Source: Thermoproteota archaeon (GTDB lineage: Archaea > Thermoproteota > Thermoprotei > Gearchaeales > Gearchaeaceae). Taken from it: a stretch of DNA of 64,000 bases. Numbering within the stretch: the first letter of the stretch is position 1; each line of letters starts with the position of its first letter. Made by a program: the position numbers and the translations under genes. The notes under the pieces are model-generated. The model ran no database searches, was not told where the DNA came from, and worked only from the letters and a program-made list of their open reading frames with translations. Positions 60,153-64,000 of the stretch are shown here, piece by piece. The stretch lies in the NCBI GenBank assembly GCA_032249235.1, contig JAVVGF010000001.1, positions 434,895-498,894 on the forward strand. Reading direction: 5' to 3'.

Positions 60153-61226
60153 TTCTTTTTTAATTTTTTTATTTCTAATTAAAATTAAATATGTTACAAA
60201 TGCTAAAATAATAATCGATAATATAATTGTTGAATAATCATATAAAATGCTAGTAAATTGTCTTAAGACTATATAAGATATTTTAAAAGTATTAAATGCA
60301 TTTTCATTCTCTGTATTGAGTTTAATTAGAATTTCATTATTTTTTGCATATATTATTTTGCTATTTTCAATCATTAATTCTATCCATTTATCATTGTAAA
60401 ATATTTTCCTACCATTTTCTTGTGATACAAAGTTTTTATCGAAATCTATTTTTAATCCCAAAGCTGCATTTTCATGTTTTATATTATAGTTTAAAACGTT
60501 GAAATAGAAATATATTGCATAACTTTTTATTTTATAGCTCCCTGTCAAGTTTGCTAGCAATAATGAAGAAGGTGCAACTGAAATAAGAATATCTATTTTC
60601 GTTGAATTGCTCAAGTCATACTTTAAATCAGCATTAATTGCTACGATTTGATTATTTGAAAGCCTTAGCATATTTATGTTCATTTGAGGGCTGAATTGGT
60701 GCAAACTTATTTCTTCAAGAACTTTATTCGTGAAACTTTCATATTCAACTAAAGAAAGATTTTCAAGCGCTAATTTCAAGTCCTCATCAATTTTATAATT
60801 TTCCCAATAATAGGTTAGCTTTATTTTTGTAGCTTTTTCAATTTCTAAACCAAAGCCTCCTTTATTGTTGTTTAAACAATCAATAAGTATTGTTCCGTTC
60901 TGTATTTGTAAGGTAAAATTCATGTTGATTTCTCTTGCTTCAAAACTTTTTATTTCTTTTCTATTCATATCTATAATCATATTGTAATAGTATTTGCCTT
61001 CTGAAGCGATGACTAAGTATTGAGAATTCCATTCACTAATTGAAATAATTTCATAATTTGCTGAACCGAATCTACTTATTAGATAATTCAATGCAATTTG
61101 AACAACATCATTCGTTTCTTGATGAGGAAAATTCCAAATGATCAAAGCCATAATAAGGATACATACTAAAGAATTCATGAGAGAAAGATTATAGAATTTC
61201 GATTTAAATGTTTTCATTTCTAGCAA
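60144..61226 (-). CDS. Hypothetical extracellular protein with N- and C-terminal TM anchors
   Basis: Hydrophobic helix near each terminus; Asn-rich beta-type middle region. Confidence 0.65.
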   Translation of the reverse strand: MLEMKTFKSKFYNLSLMNSLVCILIMALIIWNFPHQETNDVVQIALNYLISRFGSANYEIISISEWNSQYLVIASEGKYYYNMIIDMNRKEIKSFEAREINMNFTLQIQNGTILIDCLNNNKGGFGLEIEKATKIKLTYYWENYKIDEDLKLALENLSLVEYESFTNKVLEEISLHQFSPQMNINMLRLSNNQIVAINADLKYDLSNSTKIDILISVAPSSLLLANLTGSYKIKSYAIYFYFNVLNYNIKHENAALGLKIDFDKNFVSQENGRKIFYNDKWIELMIENSKIIYAKNNEILIKLNTENENAFNTFKISYIVLRQFTSILYDYSTIILSIIILAFVTYLILIRNKKIKKELG

Positions 61227-61227
61227 A

Positions 61228-62028
61228 TTAGAAACTTAAAAAAGATACTATACTAACCATATAAAGCACGAGAATAGCTATTAGAATGTTTTGCAGACTT
61301 TCTCCTTTGCTTACTTGTATAGCCTTAACGAGTATTATTATCGTCCATGCTTGAAATAAAGCAAATAAAAATCTTAAAAATATTTCGTTAGTAAACAGAG
61401 AGATGAATTTGAATAAAATAGAATAAATAACTAGTGGTGTATAAACAAACGGTATAAAAGTAAATAGATATATCTTATTTCTTCTATTTTTAAAAAATAA
61501 ACTGAATATAATTTCTAGAATTAAATATATTAGTATCCAGTTAATTATAAAGTTAAATAATGAATCTGAAAATTGAACTATTCTTACATCTTTAAGAAAT
61601 AAAATTCTTAAAAGGATATTTGAGAATGAATAAATTTCAGGATAAAATATAACTAAAAATGGAAGGAGTGCAAATATTAATTTATTATTATTCATCAAAA
61701 GTAAAAATAGCGTATTTCCATTAAAAATATTATTTATATTTATTATCCTATTCTCGTTTTTACTGCTTGTGAGCTTATATTCGCTATTTTTGATGAATTT
61801 ATATAAGCGATATCCTTCTTCATTCAACTTATACCTTTTCTTCTCATCTTGTATGATAAAATTAGACAGAACTGAAAGATGATGATATATACTTCCAGTG
61901 CTTATCCCCAATTCTTTCTTCAATTCAGAAAAACTCATCGATTCATTCATAGCTAGCAATTCAATAATCTTAATTCTTATAGGATGGGAAATTAAATTGA
62001 AAAGAATGATTTCTTTTTCTTTTTTCAC
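61228..62028 (-). CDS. ArsR-type wHTH fused to a multi-TM domain
   Basis: SHPIRIKIIELL...SFSELKKELGISTGSIYHHL...YKLNEEG followed by about 5 TMs. Confidence 0.82.
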   Translation of the reverse strand: MKKEKEIILFNLISHPIRIKIIELLAMNESMSFSELKKELGISTGSIYHHLSVLSNFIIQDEKKRYKLNEEGYRLYKFIKNSEYKLTSSKNENRIININNIFNGNTLFLLLMNNNKLIFALLPFLVIFYPEIYSFSNILLRILFLKDVRIVQFSDSLFNFIINWILIYLILEIIFSLFFKNRRNKIYLFTFIPFVYTPLVIYSILFKFISLFTNEIFLRFLFALFQAWTIIILVKAIQVSKGESLQNILIAILVLYMVSIVSFLSF

Positions 62029-62070
62029 AAGTGATAAATGGATAGCTATTTATATTTCTTTTAAATTAAT

Positions 62071-63366
62071 TTAATCGAAAATTAGATTTTTAGTTTCAGG
62101 CCCCAATATGAAAATTGCAATCGCTGCAATTGCAGAAATGCCTGTTATGACGATTAAAGGAATGGTAACCTCCTTTGTTATGCCGATCAATGCACCAAAT
62201 ATTATAGGCGCTATGGTAGCGATTATTTTACCTATACCTTCAGCTAACCCAAATGCTTTTCCTCTTAGTTTAGTCGGAAACAATTCGCTTGTATAAGGAT
62301 ATACTGAACCCCATGCACCTAAGTTAAAGAAGCTAACAGCTAATAAAGATAAGGAGAAAAGCAAAGGATCTTTATAAAATATTCCCATGCTGATTCCTGT
62401 TATTCCTGTGAAGAACAAATAAGTTACTAAAGTTGTTTTTCTTCCAATTTTTTCAACTAAATACATAGCAGATAAATAACCAGGTATTTGGAATATGAAG
62501 GCAATGATCAAGTATAACCATATATTTCCGTATAGCTCAGCAACTTTTAAAACCTCAGGCAACCAAAGAAATAAACCGTAGTAAGTATAATTCAATACAC
62601 ACCAAGCGATTAGCATTACTATAACTCTTAAAGCATATTTTGAAAAGAGCTCTTTATAACTTCCTTCTTCCTCAATTGCTAATACAATCTCTTTCGAATT
62701 TACTTCTTTATTAATTATTCGAGAAATCACGTTAGCAGCATCTTGAAGCCTTCCTGTTTTAGCTAAATAAAAAGGTGATTCAGGAACGTATAGTCTGAAT
62801 AAGCCTATCGTGAAAGCTGGAAAGGCGATCGTCAAAAACAATCCTCGCCAATTGTTCGCTAAACCTACAAGAAATATATATGCTAACAACAAAGCTAATA
62901 AACTACCAAAAGGCCAGAATAAATCTAAGCTAACCATCAAATTTCCTCTCTTTCTCCTAGGTAGAAATTCGCTCAATAGTGCAGGATCGACGACAAGCAT
63001 TCCACCTAAGCCCATACCAGCTAGGATTCTAAAAGCTAATAGACTTTCATAATTGAAAGAAAGTGCTGTAAGAGCTGTGAATATGCTGTACCAAATAAGT
63101 GAAATTTGAAATAGCTTCCTTCTTCCTATCATGTCTGATAGTCTTCCAAAAATCACAGCTCCTATCGTGTCACCAATTAATACGCCTGAAAGCAAAATAC
63201 CTGCTCTAAGACTATCTAAAGCAAAGATTTCTATAAAAAGAGGCAAAGTAAATGATATTATAATTATCTCCATAGCTACAAAGCTCCATGAAATACGGGC
63301 AATCCATAATATTCTATTCTGAGCTTGAGTAGGCTTTTCTAAATCAAGGAATTCTTCAATCCTCAT
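62071..63366 (-). CDS. MFS transporter (sugar/aromatic-acid type)
   Basis: GRLSDMIGRR, SEFLP...RG, PESP, ELFPT, GPET motifs. Confidence 0.92.
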   Translation of the reverse strand: MRIEEFLDLEKPTQAQNRILWIARISWSFVAMEIIIISFTLPLFIEIFALDSLRAGILLSGVLIGDTIGAVIFGRLSDMIGRRKLFQISLIWYSIFTALTALSFNYESLLAFRILAGMGLGGMLVVDPALLSEFLPRRKRGNLMVSLDLFWPFGSLLALLLAYIFLVGLANNWRGLFLTIAFPAFTIGLFRLYVPESPFYLAKTGRLQDAANVISRIINKEVNSKEIVLAIEEEGSYKELFSKYALRVIVMLIAWCVLNYTYYGLFLWLPEVLKVAELYGNIWLYLIIAFIFQIPGYLSAMYLVEKIGRKTTLVTYLFFTGITGISMGIFYKDPLLFSLSLLAVSFFNLGAWGSVYPYTSELFPTKLRGKAFGLAEGIGKIIATIAPIIFGALIGITKEVTIPLIVITGISAIAAIAIFILGPETKNLIFD

Positions 63367-63417
63367 TAAAGCTACTAATCCATTCTTACTTAAATTCTTG
63401 ATTATAAATTAGTTATT

Positions 63418-63894
63418 ATGCCAAAAGTAGCGATAATAATGGGTAGTAAAAGCGATTGGGAATATATGAAGGAAGCATTTGAACTTTTAAAATCTTTCAA
63501 CATTGATGTAGAAGCTAAAGTTGTTTCTGCACATAGGACGCCTGAATACATGTTTAACTTCGCTAAGAATGCGGAAAATGAAGGTTTCGAAGTAATAATT
63601 GCAGGTGCAGGAGGAGCTGCACATTTGCCGGGTATGGTAGCTTCATTAACTACGTTGCCTGTGATAGGTGTGCCAATACCTACCAAACAATTGAATGGTC
63701 TAGATTCTTTATTTTCTATTGTACAAATGCCCTATGGCGTTCCTGTAGCTACAGTAGCGATCGGCAATGCAAAAAACGCCGCTCTTCTTGCTTTAAGAAT
63801 ATTATCAATTAAATATAAAGAGATAGGAGATAGGCTTAAAATTTTCATGGAGAATATTAAAAATGAAACGCTTTCTTCAAAGCTCGAAAGTTAA
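63418..63894 (+). CDS. purE: N5-CAIR mutase
   Basis: [40 protein letters not shown]. Confidence 0.97.
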   Translation: MPKVAIIMGSKSDWEYMKEAFELLKSFNIDVEAKVVSAHRTPEYMFNFAKNAENEGFEVIIAGAGGAAHLPGMVASLTTLPVIGVPIPTKQLNGLDSLFSIVQMPYGVPVATVAIGNAKNAALLALRILSIKYKEIGDRLKIFMENIKNETLSSKLES

Positions 63895-64000
63895 AATAGG
63901 AATATTAGGGGGAGGTCAATTAGGATGGATGTTAATATTAGAAGCTAGGAAATTCCCCTTTGATTTTTATGTGCTTGAAAAAGATAAAGAAGCTCCTGCA
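63863..64000 (+). CDS. purK: N5-CAIR synthetase, N-terminus (3'-truncated by window edge)
   Basis: Hand translation [30 protein letters not shown]...; overlaps the purE end. Confidence 0.88.
   Translation, partial: MKRFLQSSKVKIGILGGGQLGWMLILEARKFPFDFYVLEKDKEAPA

Overview
AT-rich, very gene-dense archaeal chromosome segment. Archaeal markers include TFB, archease/RtcB, an A1:U72 tRNA-Gln without encoded CCA, PaREP1, a ThermoDBP-related protein and BRE/TATA promoters. By inference the host is an aerobic TACK/Thermoproteota-type organism. Most of the window is housekeeping and metabolism: 2-oxoacid:ferredoxin oxidoreductase, SufS, an A1-type heme-copper oxidase, aconitase, Tdh/Kbl, TldD/E, CysRS, PurE/K and transporters. 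No CRISPR array, provirus or intact transposon was seen. Most notable observations: (1) a short Smc5/6-like (coalescin-type) ATPase with no visible hinge, plus, 10 kb away, an unannotated overlapping gene pair that looks like a kleisin (ScpA/Nse4-like) and a tandem winged-helix KITE (Nse1/Nse3-like), together suggesting a minimal archaeal Smc5/6-like complex; (2) an rtcB-COG0523 metallochaperone GTPase-archease operon; (3) a full TFB followed directly by a TFB lacking the Zn-ribbon and B-reader; (4) a cytochrome oxidase subunit II split into two genes; (5) a fused double GT-C glycosyltransferase whose 3' end overlaps tRNA-Gln on the opposite strand; (6) unannotated small basic Zn-binding proteins and an orphan IS200/IS605-like left end. 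All family calls come from recognising motifs by eye; no database searches were run.
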